DNA of 64,000 bases, from positions 16,492,001 to 16,556,000 of the forward strand of contig CP075494.1 of assembly GCA_021613535.1 (NCBI GenBank). Reading direction: 5' to 3'. The notes under the pieces were generated by a model. It was not told the origin of the DNA and searched no databases. It saw only the letters and a list, made by a program, of their open reading frames with translations. This DNA is from Adineta vaga. Taxonomy: Eukaryota; Animalia; Rotifera. This document shows positions 1 to 11,910 of this stretch, one piece after another. The translations under genes and the position numbers were made by a program. The stretch's first letter is position 1, and each line of letters opens with the position of its first letter.

Positions 1-2484
1 GACACTACGAATTTCAACAATTAATGTAACACGTTGATTTTGATATTGACAATTATTTCCATATGTACTTGGTGGACACATACATTTCCATGTTAAACCA
101 TTTTTCCATACAGTTCTTATCATTATTCCACGATGACATAAATTATTAGAATTAGAATTTAATAATAAAGATTGTTTTTCTATTCCTAAATGACCAATAA
201 GAAAAACACCAGCTGTTTTAATATATGTTAATCGTTCAAGATGATTTTCAATCATCAGTATATTTTTATTAGAAGAATTTTGACGTCCCGATGATAAAAT
301 CAATTGAAGTTTATCGTCTATATAAGAATCACAGTGTCGAATTGTCTCTATATTAGTACATTCATCAGAATTCCAACATCGATAACGATTCCGTTTCTCT
401 AATGAATATTTTAATCGACAAAATTCTTGTTCATCAGTTGCTCCTATACAATCGATTATATTATTATTTATATATTCAATAGATAGACAAAATAATTCAT
501 GCGTTAATGGTGATATACACGAATGATGATTTAATGGACATTTAAATAAAAGATTATTACAATCTAATTCATCTTCTCCTTTTGGACAATTCCATACAAA
601 ATTACAACGAGTATAATGATTATTACATGGCCATTCTTCACAATTAGTTTCATCACTTTGATTATGACCATCGATTAAAATTGGTATCATATCTTCAATA
701 CCATCACAAAGAACTTTAAATACGAGATGATTTTGTAAATAATATTGAGTGGAATGTAATTCATCTGAACTATCTGAACAATCACTTATTTTATCATTAA
801 TCAGAAATTTATTTATACATTTATTTTCATTTAAACACTTGAAACGACAAGTTTTAATATCATTAAGTAAACAACTATTATCATACATTTCATCGTCACG
901 AAGTGGACAATCTATTCTACCATCTAATAGACGACTTATTGATATACATTTAGAAAAAAATAAACATTGATATAATAATAAATCATGTGAACAATTCATT
1001 AATGATAATGGACAACGAATTGAAAAATATTTACGAATTATTTCATATGTTTTATTCCAAGTTTGAGAAATAGATGACACATGACGAAATTCTTTGTTAA
1101 AATCTACACATGTACGTCCTAGAATTACAATGATTGTGGCATTCATAAATGGACATAATTTTGAATTAAAACATATATATAATGGTGGATGAAATAATGC
1201 TTCGGAATTCATACGACTTATTTGATAGAGAAAATAGATATGATTAAATAGAACAGGTGTTAAAGGGAACACAAATAAATATTTTGGACAATCAATTTCT
1301 GCTGAATTAATCCATGAAAAGAATTCAAAATCACTTTCACATATGATTGAATCTTCTTGTTCGATAGAATGTTGTAAACCTGTTAGACAAAACATTGATT
1401 CTTGACAAAATCTTGGTAATGGTTCTCCATATTTAGGATATTGAATATATTTATAACGATTATTTTGACATTTATGAAATGCATCAACACATTGTCCATC
1501 TCCACATGAAAATAATTGTAATTGATCTCGTCGTGGATAACATGTTGTTTCTTCACATCGAAATGCTAAATCTATTGAACATTCAGTTGATGTAGTTTTT
1601 GTTCCCAATTCATCAGTTCCATCGATACAATCTGGATTTAATGGATCATCATAAAAAAATTCGATCGGTATACATTGACCATTGTAACAACGATATTCGT
1701 TCATATTGCATTGATTTGCTTCTAGTTGCCAACATTCTTCTTCATCTTCACCTTGAAGACAATCTTGTTTTCCATCACATATTTCACGCCAATCAAGACA
1801 AAGATTTTGTGATCCAAGATTACATTCTAAATAAATAAAACATGCAGGAGGAGAAGAAGCTCCAGTAAAGTAAGGAGGTCTATTTATTGTTTCGATATAA
1901 TCAATCAATGAAAAATTTTGAGCTTTTATCATCATTAATTGATCAGACAATGATATTAATCCAAATGAATATTGACAATAATATCCAAACCAAGGTGGTG
2001 TACAATTATAATAGATTAATTCTCTACCTAATTTATCTGGAGATATTTCAACAGAATTATTCTCAAGAAATACTTGATAATTTTCAATCACATCAATCGA
2101 AGCAGACCAACTCAATAATTGTTCTGTTGTAACACTTTCTTCTTTTAAATCAAAAAATGTATAATACTTGTGACCAAATTGTGATGGGTCAAAATATTGA
2201 GAGTCAAAGATGAAATCTGTATTGTCTGGTCTAAAACAGTATGTTATTATTTCATCAACAGAACTAAATAGATCATAAAACTTTTGAGCTCGATCAAGAA
2301 ATTGATAGTATAAACAATCATAATCCAAAGGAAAATTGTTTACGTGATTTAGTTCCGAAGAATAAGTGTGAAATAAATTTATTCCATTATGAGTTAAATA
2401 TCCGGAAGTATGTTCCATGTAGTGCAATAGCAATGATAGAATAAACATACTACTAGTAATTGTGGAACACATTGGTATCAACAT
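1..2484 (-). CDS. LDL-receptor class A/EGF repeat protein, N-terminal part of an LDLa-EGF GPCR paralogue (runs off the left window edge)
   Basis: Not in the ORF track, consistent with no stop before the window edge. Segments translated by hand from ATG 2484 share one frame: MLIPMCSTITSSMFILSLLL..., YNCTPPWFGYYCQY, CLDWREICDGKQDCLQGEDE, ...GNNCQYQNQRVTLIVEIRSV at position 1. Colinear with the 24234 protein (CLDWREICDGKIDC; YGDRCQYQNQRISL). Confidence 0.85.
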   Translation of the reverse strand, partial: MLIPMCSTITSSMFILSLLLHYMEHTSGYLTHNGINLFHTYSSELNHVNNFPLDYDCLYYQFLDRAQKFYDLFSSVDEIITYCFRPDNTDFIFDSQYFDPSQFGHKYYTFFDLKEESVTTEQLLSWSASIDVIENYQVFLENNSVEISPDKLGRELIYYNCTPPWFGYYCQYSFGLISLSDQLMMIKAQNFSLIDYIETINRPPYFTGASSPPACFIYLECNLGSQNLCLDWREICDGKQDCLQGEDEEECWQLEANQCNMNEYRCYNGQCIPIEFFYDDPLNPDCIDGTDELGTKTTSTECSIDLAFRCEETTCYPRRDQLQLFSCGDGQCVDAFHKCQNNRYKYIQYPKYGEPLPRFCQESMFCLTGLQHSIEQEDSIICESDFEFFSWINSAEIDCPKYLFVFPLTPVLFNHIYFLYQISRMNSEALFHPPLYICFNSKLCPFMNATIIVILGRTCVDFNKEFRHVSSISQTWNKTYEIIRKYFSIRCPLSLMNCSHDLLLYQCLFFSKCISISRLLDGRIDCPLRDDEMYDNSCLLNDIKTCRFKCLNENKCINKFLINDKISDCSDSSDELHSTQYYLQNHLVFKVLCDGIEDMIPILIDGHNQSDETNCEEWPCNNHYTRCNFVWNCPKGEDELDCNNLLFKCPLNHHSCISPLTHELFCLSIEYINNNIIDCIGATDEQEFCRLKYSLEKRNRYRCWNSDECTNIETIRHCDSYIDDKLQLILSSGRQNSSNKNILMIENHLERLTYIKTAGVFLIGHLGIEKQSLLLNSNSNNLCHRGIMIRTVWKNGLTWKCMCPPSTYGNNCQYQNQRVTLIVEIRSV

Positions 2485-3930
2485 TAATATTACAATGTAG
2501 AGAACTAGACGAAGTTTGTTCTTGTCATATATATTTGTAATGTTATCTACCATCTGTTACAACGATTTTGCTTATTATGTTGACAATCAGTCAATCAATA
2601 AAGTTTTAGACTTTTTATTTATCATATATCATAAATTTAATTTTTTACTATGGATCAGAACCTCAAGCAGACCAAGCTAAGCCTGTCTATCTAGTTTTTC
2701 CTATTATACCATAATGTTATATCATAAATCGAATATTTTCAAGGAAAAATATGCGGATGAATTTACTTTCAATGTTTATAATGAACTTGTATGCATTACA
2801 CTCCTACGTCAGAATGAAGAGTAAAAGATATTCATGAATAGTCAAGTCTCTTACTATTATAAAGAGTATACGGAAGCAAGCTCTTATACACATAACTATG
2901 ACTTGCTCATTAATACCCCTATGTTGTCAAACTCACTTACGGCCAAGTACTTTTCCTTCTGCAGACTTTCTAATGAATCACGGTCAATCTTCTTTTAATG
3001 TCAATATGTCACTCCGCACTCTTGTCTAGCGAATCCATTTGATACGGACGTACGGGAAATTCAAGACTTTACAGCTGTGTTCCTATATTTTTAATTTCTT
3101 TTTGATCTAAAGTATGACTATATTGCACAAAAATGATTAACTTATATCACTATATTCTGTTTCTGATCTTTTTGCAACGTAAATCCACAGCATTGAATGA
3201 AATCTTGTATCTTATGAATCCGCTGTTCCTTGTAACCGGTCGTTTCTTAGTCAGCAATTACATCTTGTCAATTATAAGCGATTTTTTGAGCGACAACGAA
3301 TAAAAATACCTTCAACAGCTAGAAAATATAGCATACAAAAACTGTCCTCTGTAACGAATCATTTCAAATATTTTCTCAGATTTTTACATTAGAATGTTTC
3401 TACTATGATCATCCTTTCGAATTGCAAGGAAGCATTTGATTATCATGAACTCACATAATCAATTTGCCAGCGATCTTTGTCATTATGATATTATCATAAG
3501 AATCAGACGAGCTCATACAGGCAGGCCAGGTCGAGTGGAAAATATGATAGGCGCAGGCAGGCTGCGCAGGATATAGACCTGTTATGAGCATGCCGGGCCT
3601 GCAAAATCATGACCTCTTTGAACCTTTGTTAAGTACACTTTTCATGAAACCATACTAGGTTTTGTAAAGAATCGAAAGGTTCACTATAGGGCTTGTCCAA
3701 ACGTAACGTTGTGACATTTTTGACATATTTTCATAGGATTTTCTCGAGCACCATAAATGCTAGAAGGTTCATTTAAATGTTGTTAGACACAACTCATTAA
3801 GCTCTACCAACGTTAGAAAAATCAAGAGTTGTGATACAAGTATCGTGCCTCTACAATGGTTTTATGGTCGCGTAACACCGTGACATAAAAGGACCCTAAA
3901 TTTCTAGTACGCTTATTTCCTTCTCCCGTT

Positions 3931-3997
3931 TTGAGGGTGTGGGTGTGGGTAGGTGTGACTCTTATTGCATCTTCATCCACACCCATCCTTACGATGA
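3931..3997. repeat. Telomere-hexamer-like inverted repeat element
   Basis: TTGAGGGTGTGGGTGTGGGTAGGTGTGA...CATCCACACCCATCCTTACGATGA, about 135 nt downstream of the ABCB stop. Confidence 0.7.
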
Positions 3998-4131
3998 CAA
4001 TTTAACATTCCAATGTGCAACAATCTCTGTCAGTCAGATAACAAGATGATGATTGAAAAAAAGAGTTTTTTTTATGAATTAAAATATCTACAACAAATCA
4101 GTATGAGTTGTTTCTTCACTCACACAGTCAT

Positions 4132-7100
4132 TTATATACAAGTCTTTAGTTTTTCGTGTATCATTCGATAGTAACGTCCACCATGTGCTAGTAGTTCTTC
4201 ATGAGTTCCTTGTTCAACAATCATTCCATCGTGTAAAACGCAAATCATATCTGCTTTTTGAATTGTTGATAAACGATGGGCAATTGTAATCGACGTTCGA
4301 TTTTGTTGAGCACGATCGAGTGCGTCTTGAACTAATTTTTCACTTTCAGTATCCAAAGCACTTGTGGCTAAAGGAAAATTTATCACATGAACTATACGCG
4401 CAAATTTTGTTCACCTATACCTTCGTCGAGAAGTAAGACTTTTGGATTTCGAAGCAATGCTCTTGCGATAGCTACAAATGGAACAAATCGATGATTAAAA
4501 GAAATATTTCACTCAATTTTATTTTACCAATTCGTTGTTTTTGACCACCAGATAACTGGACACCTTTCGCACCGCACATTGTCTCGTATCCCTTTGAATA
4601 GAGAAAAAAGAGAATAACGATGAAGAAATGAAATGAATGGTAATATACATGAGGAAGATTTTGAATAAAATCATGAATATTCGCACTTGTAGCTGCTTGA
4701 ATGATTTCAACAAGTGAAATATCCGTTCGACTATTATCACCATAAGCAATATTTTCACAAATTGTCATATCAAATAGAATTGGTTCTTGCGAAACAATAC
4801 TAACTAAAACAAATAATTGTAAAATCTATAGGAAATAACAGATTCTTCTTACTTTGTGATCGATACCATTGAAGATCAAGACTTCGAATATCTTTCGAGT
4901 CGACCAACTATAACATAGAAGAACAAAATCTATTAAAATTCACTTGAAAAAAAAAGATATTTACCAAACGACCAGCGTTTGTATCATAAAATCGTTCAAT
5001 CAATTGAGTTATGGTCGATTTTCCACAACCAGATGTACCTAAAGATAATAATAATAAACAATTCGTAATAGAATTATATCGTTACATACCAACGAGTGCA
5101 ATCTTTTGTCCTATAACAAAGAAAAAATATCATTAATGGATATGAATAAGAAGAAAACTTACCAGATTTAATATTTAATTTAAAATTTTTGAGAATCTTT
5201 GATTCTGGTCGAGTTGGGTAAACAAAACTAACATCGTCGAATTCAAATTGTCCTGTAAAATTCGACTAAAAACGGACACAGATTATTTTGGATAGTCTAT
5301 CCAAACTCACAATTCTTTCGCCCGTATTTGATTCATTATCAATCAATGGTTTCCGATTGATTAATTCGAATATTTTCTTAGCACCTTCGATTGCTCTTCC
5401 ATAATCCGGAGATCTATAAGATAAAATATGTTTTACTCTACATCTAAATCGAATCATTGAATTAACGTACAACATTAAAGTTTGAGAGACGAGATCGGTA
5501 ATATTGGCAACAGAATTATAAACCCTAAAAGAAAATCATTTCAATCATTGATTGACTGAAAAAATTTCATCTTACATGTACATATCTTCGAATGAAATCA
5601 TAGCTTTATGAACTAAAGAACTACTTAATGCAAGAAGAGCTGCCGAAGCGAAATTTGACGATGTAATTGATATTGAAGCACATAATGCCGAAAGATGAGA
5701 TCGTTTCACTTTTGATCTATAGAGGAAAACTTCGTTTTTTCTTTGTTTAAAAATCGAACAAAAAATAATTACTGATAAATAGTGTCAAGAAGATGAGAAT
5801 ATTCATCATAAAAATATGTTTCTTTGGCTAATTGAACTACAGTTCGAATATTTTGAATAGTTTCCATAGTTATCTATAATATAAAACATTGTCCATGTTA
5901 TACACATTGTTCAATTATGTTCAAACCTTTCCCGCATTGTCAACATATGGTTTATCTTTATGTTCAAATGCTGCTTCTACTCGCATTTGAAAATACGCAC
6001 CAAGTATAACTACAGGTATGAATGCCATCATCATCAAAGTTAATTGCCAAGAAAAAATAAATCCAATAAAAAGACCCATTCCCAATGATATAAATGTTTG
6101 ACAAACAAAACCAAAATGAACACCACTGGCACCTTGAACAGCCGATGCTTCTGTTGCTAAATGTGTACATAATGCACCTGTGCTATGCTTTGCGTCATCA
6201 AAATAACTCATATCTTGGCGCAGAATAGCTCGAAAAGCTTTCGATCGCAGACGTTTAGTCAAAATTTCACCCGAATAAGCAAACATATAACTCTAGAAAA
6301 AAAACGAGATATATGTCAAAACAAAATTCGATCGCTCTGTGGTTTACTTGAAGTATATGAAATACGAATGCGACAATTCCTAAACCAACGAAGAGTAAAG
6401 TATACATTAAAATGTGTTGATTTATAACGTCTTTGTCACATTCTTGATATAACTATTAAAGATTTATAGAGAATATTTTCAGCTAATTGAACATTAATTA
6501 CTTACCACAGTCATTTTTGTTCGGATTATAGCAAATGATGGTTGTATTGCTCCAGTAAACAAAGCTGCAATACATCCGATGATAATCAATATCCATTCAG
6601 TTTGATTTATTCGTAATATACTGATTATGATATTTGTATTCTTCTTCTAAAATAATCAAACTTTATCATAATATTTCTAATTCGTTTCATTACCTTTTCT
6701 TCAACATTCACAGTTGATATCGATGAATTTGCAATCACATCTAATTGTACATCATGAGTTTTACCACCCAAATCATTAGACGAAAGAATTTGTGTCGATT
6801 CTTTTTCTTCACTCTGAGGTAAAGTTTGTTGTTGAACAAGGTTGAAATATACACCTCGATCTTTCATCAACGAATTATGATCACCATCTTCAATGATTTG
6901 TCCTTTTTGTAAGACGATAATTCTATCAGCATTATAAATTGTCGATAAACGATGAGCGATGATCAACGTTGTTCGACCTATGCGAATATAACATTGATTT
7001 TAAGTTCAGAAAACGACTGATTAGATTTACCTTGAGCAGCATGATCTAAAGCGTCCTGAACTATCTTTTCACTTTCATTATCAAGTGCACTGGTAGCTAT

Positions 7101-9427
7101 AATAGAAATGGAAAAACAAAATTACACGACTGACAATTCGAAGATAAATTGTACCTTCATCAAGAAGTAAAATTTTCGGATTTCGAATGAGTGCTCGCGC
7201 AATAGCTATAAATAGAATATAAAGGAAATTAATAAATAGTATATGATGAGGTATATTTTTACTAACCAATTCTTTGTTTTTGCCCACCAGATAATGCAGT
7301 TCCATGTTCACCTACTTGGGTATCATATTTCTACATTGAATATAAATCCAAAAACTTAAACAAATGAAAATTTTTCCGAAAACTTACATCAGGCAAAGTC
7401 ATAATGAAATCATGTGCATTCGCCATCTTTGCTGCTTGAATAATTTCCGCTTCGGTTGCTGAATCACATCCCAATAAAATATTTTGACGAATAGTTGTAT
7501 GAAATAGAACTGGTTCCTGACTAACAACACCGATATGTTCTCGTAACCATACCAAATTATATTCATTAATGTCTTTGTCATCAATTGATATTGAACCGGA
7601 ATCGAGTTCATAAAATCGTTGTAATAATTGTACACATGTAGATTTTCCTGAGCCCGAACAACCAACAAGAGCAACTGTTTGACTAGATTGAACATCGAAT
7701 GATAGATTCGTAAGAATGGGAACATCTTGTCGTGATGGATAAGAAAAATTTACATTAGAAAAACGTATATGACCAATAAGATCATCCGTTGTTTTACTAA
7801 TCATTGAATCGTTAGTAATCTTCGATGGCTAGAAATGATACTATTAATTTTTTTGAAAATAAAAAAAATAAATTTACTTCATCAATAACTTTCTGTATTC
7901 GATAAGCAGCGACTTGAGCTTGAATTAAAGCTTGAAATTGTGGTGTAATATGTTGTAAAGTAAATACAGCATTGAAAATCGTTAGAAAAACCTGAAAAGA
8001 ATCTATTTGTCAGTATTTTCCTGATCTTCTCTTCATACATACAGTATAAACAATACCAATCGTATAATTTTCTTCTCGAATCAATTTTGCGCCATACCAA
8101 CATCCTTTGAATAAAAATTCAATAAGAAAAACAAATTTCAATTTAACCAATGTTACCTAATCCAAATAAACTATATACGAACAATAATTGTATAGCCATT
8201 GTGATGCCATTAATGATATTTTTCTTAATTGCACTTTTCTTTGCTTTATCAAGAGATTGTTCATAGCTAAATATAGAAATGAAAATTGATTTTTCTCTTC
8301 AAAATATTTTCTCTACAAACCGCTGTATTTCTTTTTCTTGTCCATTGTATGATAAAACAGTACGAATTGAACTAATAGCTTCCTCTGCAATGATTCCAGC
8401 ATTTCCATATGCTTTTAATTCAATCGCACTGAATTTTCTAATGATCTAATGAGAAATAAATATCACACATTTATTACAATAAAAAACAAATCTATTTTAC
8501 CATAGATGTGATTATGAATGACGTCAAGATAATCGGTAATGTGGATAATATGACTAATGCTAATTTCCATCCTTTAACAAAACCTAAACCATCGAAAATT
8601 TTCTTGATGAAAATATACAAAAAAATAACTTACTGATGACAATAGAACTGATGAGAGTTGCAAATGTGTGAACTAATGCACCGAATTTATCTCCGATTCC
8701 ATCGCGTATTTTCATAATATCATCAGTTAATAATAAATTAAGTTCACCAGTTTTATGAGTATCAAAATAAACAATATCTTTTTTCATGATTGATTGAAAT
8801 AGAATTTGACGAATTGTTCGAACTTGTCTTTCAGCTGTTATATTAAAAAATGTCACTCGGAAATAACAACAAAGAAATCCAATACAACTAATGATAATTA
8901 AATATATTGTTTGTTCACTCGTTTGATTTGTGAATGCTATATTAGTATGAGTGAAATTAGTTTCAGTCAAATTACATAATCTAAATTATTGTTTTAGATT
9001 AAAAACAATTTTATGTGAAAAAAAAAGTGTTCCTACGAGATTGATTTGTAAAAATTATTTGATGTTAATGTGATTCCTGGTGGACAATATTGTTGAGTAA
9101 GAGAAGTAAGATTAAATGGACATAGAGCAGTTTTTTGATTGATGAATGAATCAATTGAATTACCAAAAATAACCAAAAATAAAGGTTCAACAAGACCAAA
9201 TATCGTCGAACTGATAAATGCAAAGAGTAAATAAAGAGAATCAGTCAAAGTGGCATATCGAAACTGGAAGAGAGAGAGAAATGAAAATATATAATAGAAT
9301 AAATACAATTGTTTATTACCAAATGTAGAATGCTAACAGTTTGAATTGATTGTCTCTTCATACGATACCATTGGGCAATCATCGATTGTTTTTCATTTTT
9401 CTCCTTTGATACCATAATATTCGTCAT
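4132..9427 (-). CDS. ABCB1/P-glycoprotein-like full ABC exporter (TMD-NBD-TMD-NBD), many short introns
   Basis: Exon fragments give [29 protein letters not shown]1: [40 protein letters not shown]2: [29 protein letters not shown]2: [40 protein letters not shown] introns separate the fragments. The start is approximate because an acceptor-like site lies just upstream. Confidence 0.93.
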
Positions 9428-9856
9428 TTGTATTACAAGTTTCTAGAAACAAAATAAATTCAGAATATCAAAAATAGTTCTTTTATATTTGCGGGTTTTT
9501 CTTCTGTATTGTATAGGAATGAAATATAATGTTATGGAAGAAGTGACACAGCGTCTTTATATCTTTTCTCTTTCTATATAGTCTCGTCCTATTGAACATA
9601 AAACGCGTGATTGTCAAACAGAACGGGTTAAAATGTGACTGTTCTCTTTCAATGCACATGACGCTCATATTATATTTCTTTTTCTCCCACTCATAACCAC
9701 AACATCGATAACGATACATTATATAGATATGTGGGTTAGATCGACATTTGTATCGTATGATTCATGGGGAATTTCCACAATAACAATATTGTTCATATTC
9801 CTTTCACAAATATAAACGAGTATCGTATAATGTATAGGTGATGTGCCGATCAACAC

Positions 9857-9963
9857 CATGACGTCATGTGTATCCGTTTACGATACCTGGTACCTTTTTC
9901 CCTCAATCATGACTCATGTGTGTTTGTACAAGGTGTATCGAGGTCATTCTTTCGCTATTTAAA
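9857..9963. promoter_or_regulatory. Candidate bidirectional promoter with CRE, AP-1 and TATA-like elements
   Basis: CATGACGTCATG palindrome at 9857-9868 (TGACGTCA core), CATGACTCATG at 9908-9918 (TGACTCA core) and TATTTAAA at about 9956, within the ~580-nt gap between divergent start codons. Confidence 0.45.
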
Positions 9964-10008
9964 TAACCGATGATTTTTCATTAGCATCAACATTTCGATC
10001 AAACAATA

Positions 10009-11910
10009 ATGGAATTCAATCCCAGTCGCTATTATCTATTAGAATGTAGTAGAAAGCAAAGCATTGCTGATTTAAAATATGGCCGAGTGAATTGTCTTCG
10101 ACTACGAAATCAATCTCTACAAGATATGATTGATTTATCCTATGGATTAGGGACACCATTTAACGTCCATGAAAAAAATCGATCGAAATCATTAATTCGT
10201 AAAGTTACACCAGCAAAAGATCATGCACACGAAGAATCCGCCAATGGTAATGTCTATTTATCATATCATACTGAAAATCTCTCGCATTTAAAACCGCCAA
10301 ATTTCGTTGCACTATTTTGTGAACGAAAAGATCGAAATAATCAAGGTTATACTTTATTATCCACAATCGATGATATTAAAGAATTGTTAACCGAATCAGA
10401 AATTGAAATTTTATCAAGTGACAAGTTTACAGTTTATATTGAAGATTCACTGAACATCGATGGGATCAAAGCAGCTTTACCAACGAAAGTTCCTGTTTTT
10501 CGTGATAACAAAATGTTTTTTGATAATTTATTTATGGTTCCGGATGCAGATGCCGTCGATGCATTTGAAAAACTCAAACAAATTATCATTCAAGTTGAAA
10601 TGAAGATTCTATTAGAACCTGGAGATCTTTTAATTTTCAATAATTTCACATGTGTACATGGAAGAAGTGAATTTCATCCGAAATTCGATGGTCAAGATCG
10701 ATGTTTACATCGTTTACTTATTCTCGACGAATTCAATACTTCATCACCAGTTATTGAATTCGAAAAATATCCAGTCGTCATGAACAACAATATCTTAGAA
10801 ACGAACAATCAATTAACAATGAATTTAGCAAAAAAAAGTCTCAATAATACTGAAATCTTCATTCAAAAGATGAAAAAAGTTTGTATATTTGAAGTTGAAG
10901 GTGGATTTGATAAACATCACGCACCACACCGTCGTGAAATCGTCTTGATAAAAGATGCATTGAAAGCAAGAAATATTTATTCCGAAGTTGTATTCTACAA
11001 AGACGAAGATGCATATATTTATGATTATGTTGCATCAAATTTCGACTTTTGTTTAGTACGAATCAATCCAGAATTTTATCCAAGTTATACAAAAAGCAAA
11101 TTTTTCAAACTATTGACAAAATTTGAATCGAAAATCATTTGTCTTCCAACGGCAAATTCGATTGTTAATTTGGATAGTAAATCAATCATTTATTATATTC
11201 GAAATACGTTGTTTGGTATGGCAGATACGAATTTGTATACAAATATCAATGATTTTAAGAAGAATTTTCAATGTTATGAACAACGAGTCATCAAAGCAGA
11301 TCATAATGCAGAAGGACGAGGTGTTTTTCTTGTATCAAATCATTTGGAAGAAGAACCGGAGATAAAAACAAATCGGAAAAGTCATTATTTGAGAATTATT
11401 GAAGCTGCAACAAATAAGGAAGAAATCATGACCAAAGAAAACTTTGCTAAAGTTTTATTTAAGGAGAATTCTCAAATTCTTGATCAGAAATATCTTCAGA
11501 AAATTAAAGAAATGGAAATTCGTATAATGTTAATCGAAAAAAAGATTATTTGGATCATTGTTTTCATTCCGAAAAGTGAAGAATGGTTGGCGAATGGCGA
11601 TGGAATCTATTATGAACCATCTAAATGGCCAAATCTTTGTAAACAAATGACGAATTGGTTACCTCAATTAGAGAAATATCTTCAAACAAAAAATTGCAAA
11701 CTTCCATTCTTATGGAGTGCAGACTTTATCATGCAAGACGATGATCATCATTATGATAGTTCACAAGATATTTGTGAATATGCTGACAAAGCTCAATTTG
11801 TTTTATCTGAAATTAATTGTTCGTGTCTTGGCTTTCGGCAAAATTCATCACAACCAAATGTGGCATTGGATATCGCAGAAGCCATTTTCAATATGTCCAC
11901 TGTAATATAA
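10009..11910 (+). CDS. Fusion of a TauD/clavaminate-synthase-like Fe(II)/2OG dioxygenase and a Cj0069-like ATP-grasp domain, intronless
   Basis: N-terminal half: LGTP..E..LIRKVTP...ESANGNVYLSYHTE (H-x-E) and LEPGDLLIFNNFTCVHGRSEFHPKFDGQDRCLHR (distal His, 2OG-binding Arg). C-terminal half: IFEVEGGFDK, RINP, RVIKADHNAEGRGVFLV, DQKYLQKIKEMEIR, LPFLWSADFI, LSEINCSCLGF. Confidence 0.85.
   Translation: MEFNPSRYYLLECSRKQSIADLKYGRVNCLRLRNQSLQDMIDLSYGLGTPFNVHEKNRSKSLIRKVTPAKDHAHEESANGNVYLSYHTENLSHLKPPNFVALFCERKDRNNQGYTLLSTIDDIKELLTESEIEILSSDKFTVYIEDSLNIDGIKAALPTKVPVFRDNKMFFDNLFMVPDADAVDAFEKLKQIIIQVEMKILLEPGDLLIFNNFTCVHGRSEFHPKFDGQDRCLHRLLILDEFNTSSPVIEFEKYPVVMNNNILETNNQLTMNLAKKSLNNTEIFIQKMKKVCIFEVEGGFDKHHAPHRREIVLIKDALKARNIYSEVVFYKDEDAYIYDYVASNFDFCLVRINPEFYPSYTKSKFFKLLTKFESKIICLPTANSIVNLDSKSIIYYIRNTLFGMADTNLYTNINDFKKNFQCYEQRVIKADHNAEGRGVFLVSNHLEEEPEIKTNRKSHYLRIIEAATNKEEIMTKENFAKVLFKENSQILDQKYLQKIKEMEIRIMLIEKKIIWIIVFIPKSEEWLANGDGIYYEPSKWPNLCKQMTNWLPQLEKYLQTKNCKLPFLWSADFIMQDDDHHYDSSQDICEYADKAQFVLSEINCSCLGFRQNSSQPNVALDIAEAIFNMSTVI

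Noticed and set aside
749-2132. Plus-strand ORFs 749, 1599 and 1887
   Set aside because: Antisense shadows of the minus-strand LDLa gene.
3505-3900. CAGGC-rich stretch and imperfect TAGGG...CCCTA-bounded segment as MITEs
   Set aside because: Probably transposon remnants, but the termini are too degenerate and no TSD can be defined.
4132-9427. Fragmented ABC ORFs read as a pseudogene or several genes
   Set aside because: The junctions inspected are short canonical GT-AG introns, and the domain order is that of one full transporter.
10009-11910. Bacterial contamination or chimeric assembly
   Set aside because: Composition looks similar to the AT-rich neighbours, both flanking genes have spliceosomal introns, and no operon or Shine-Dalgarno context is visible. 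Long reads are still needed for proof.
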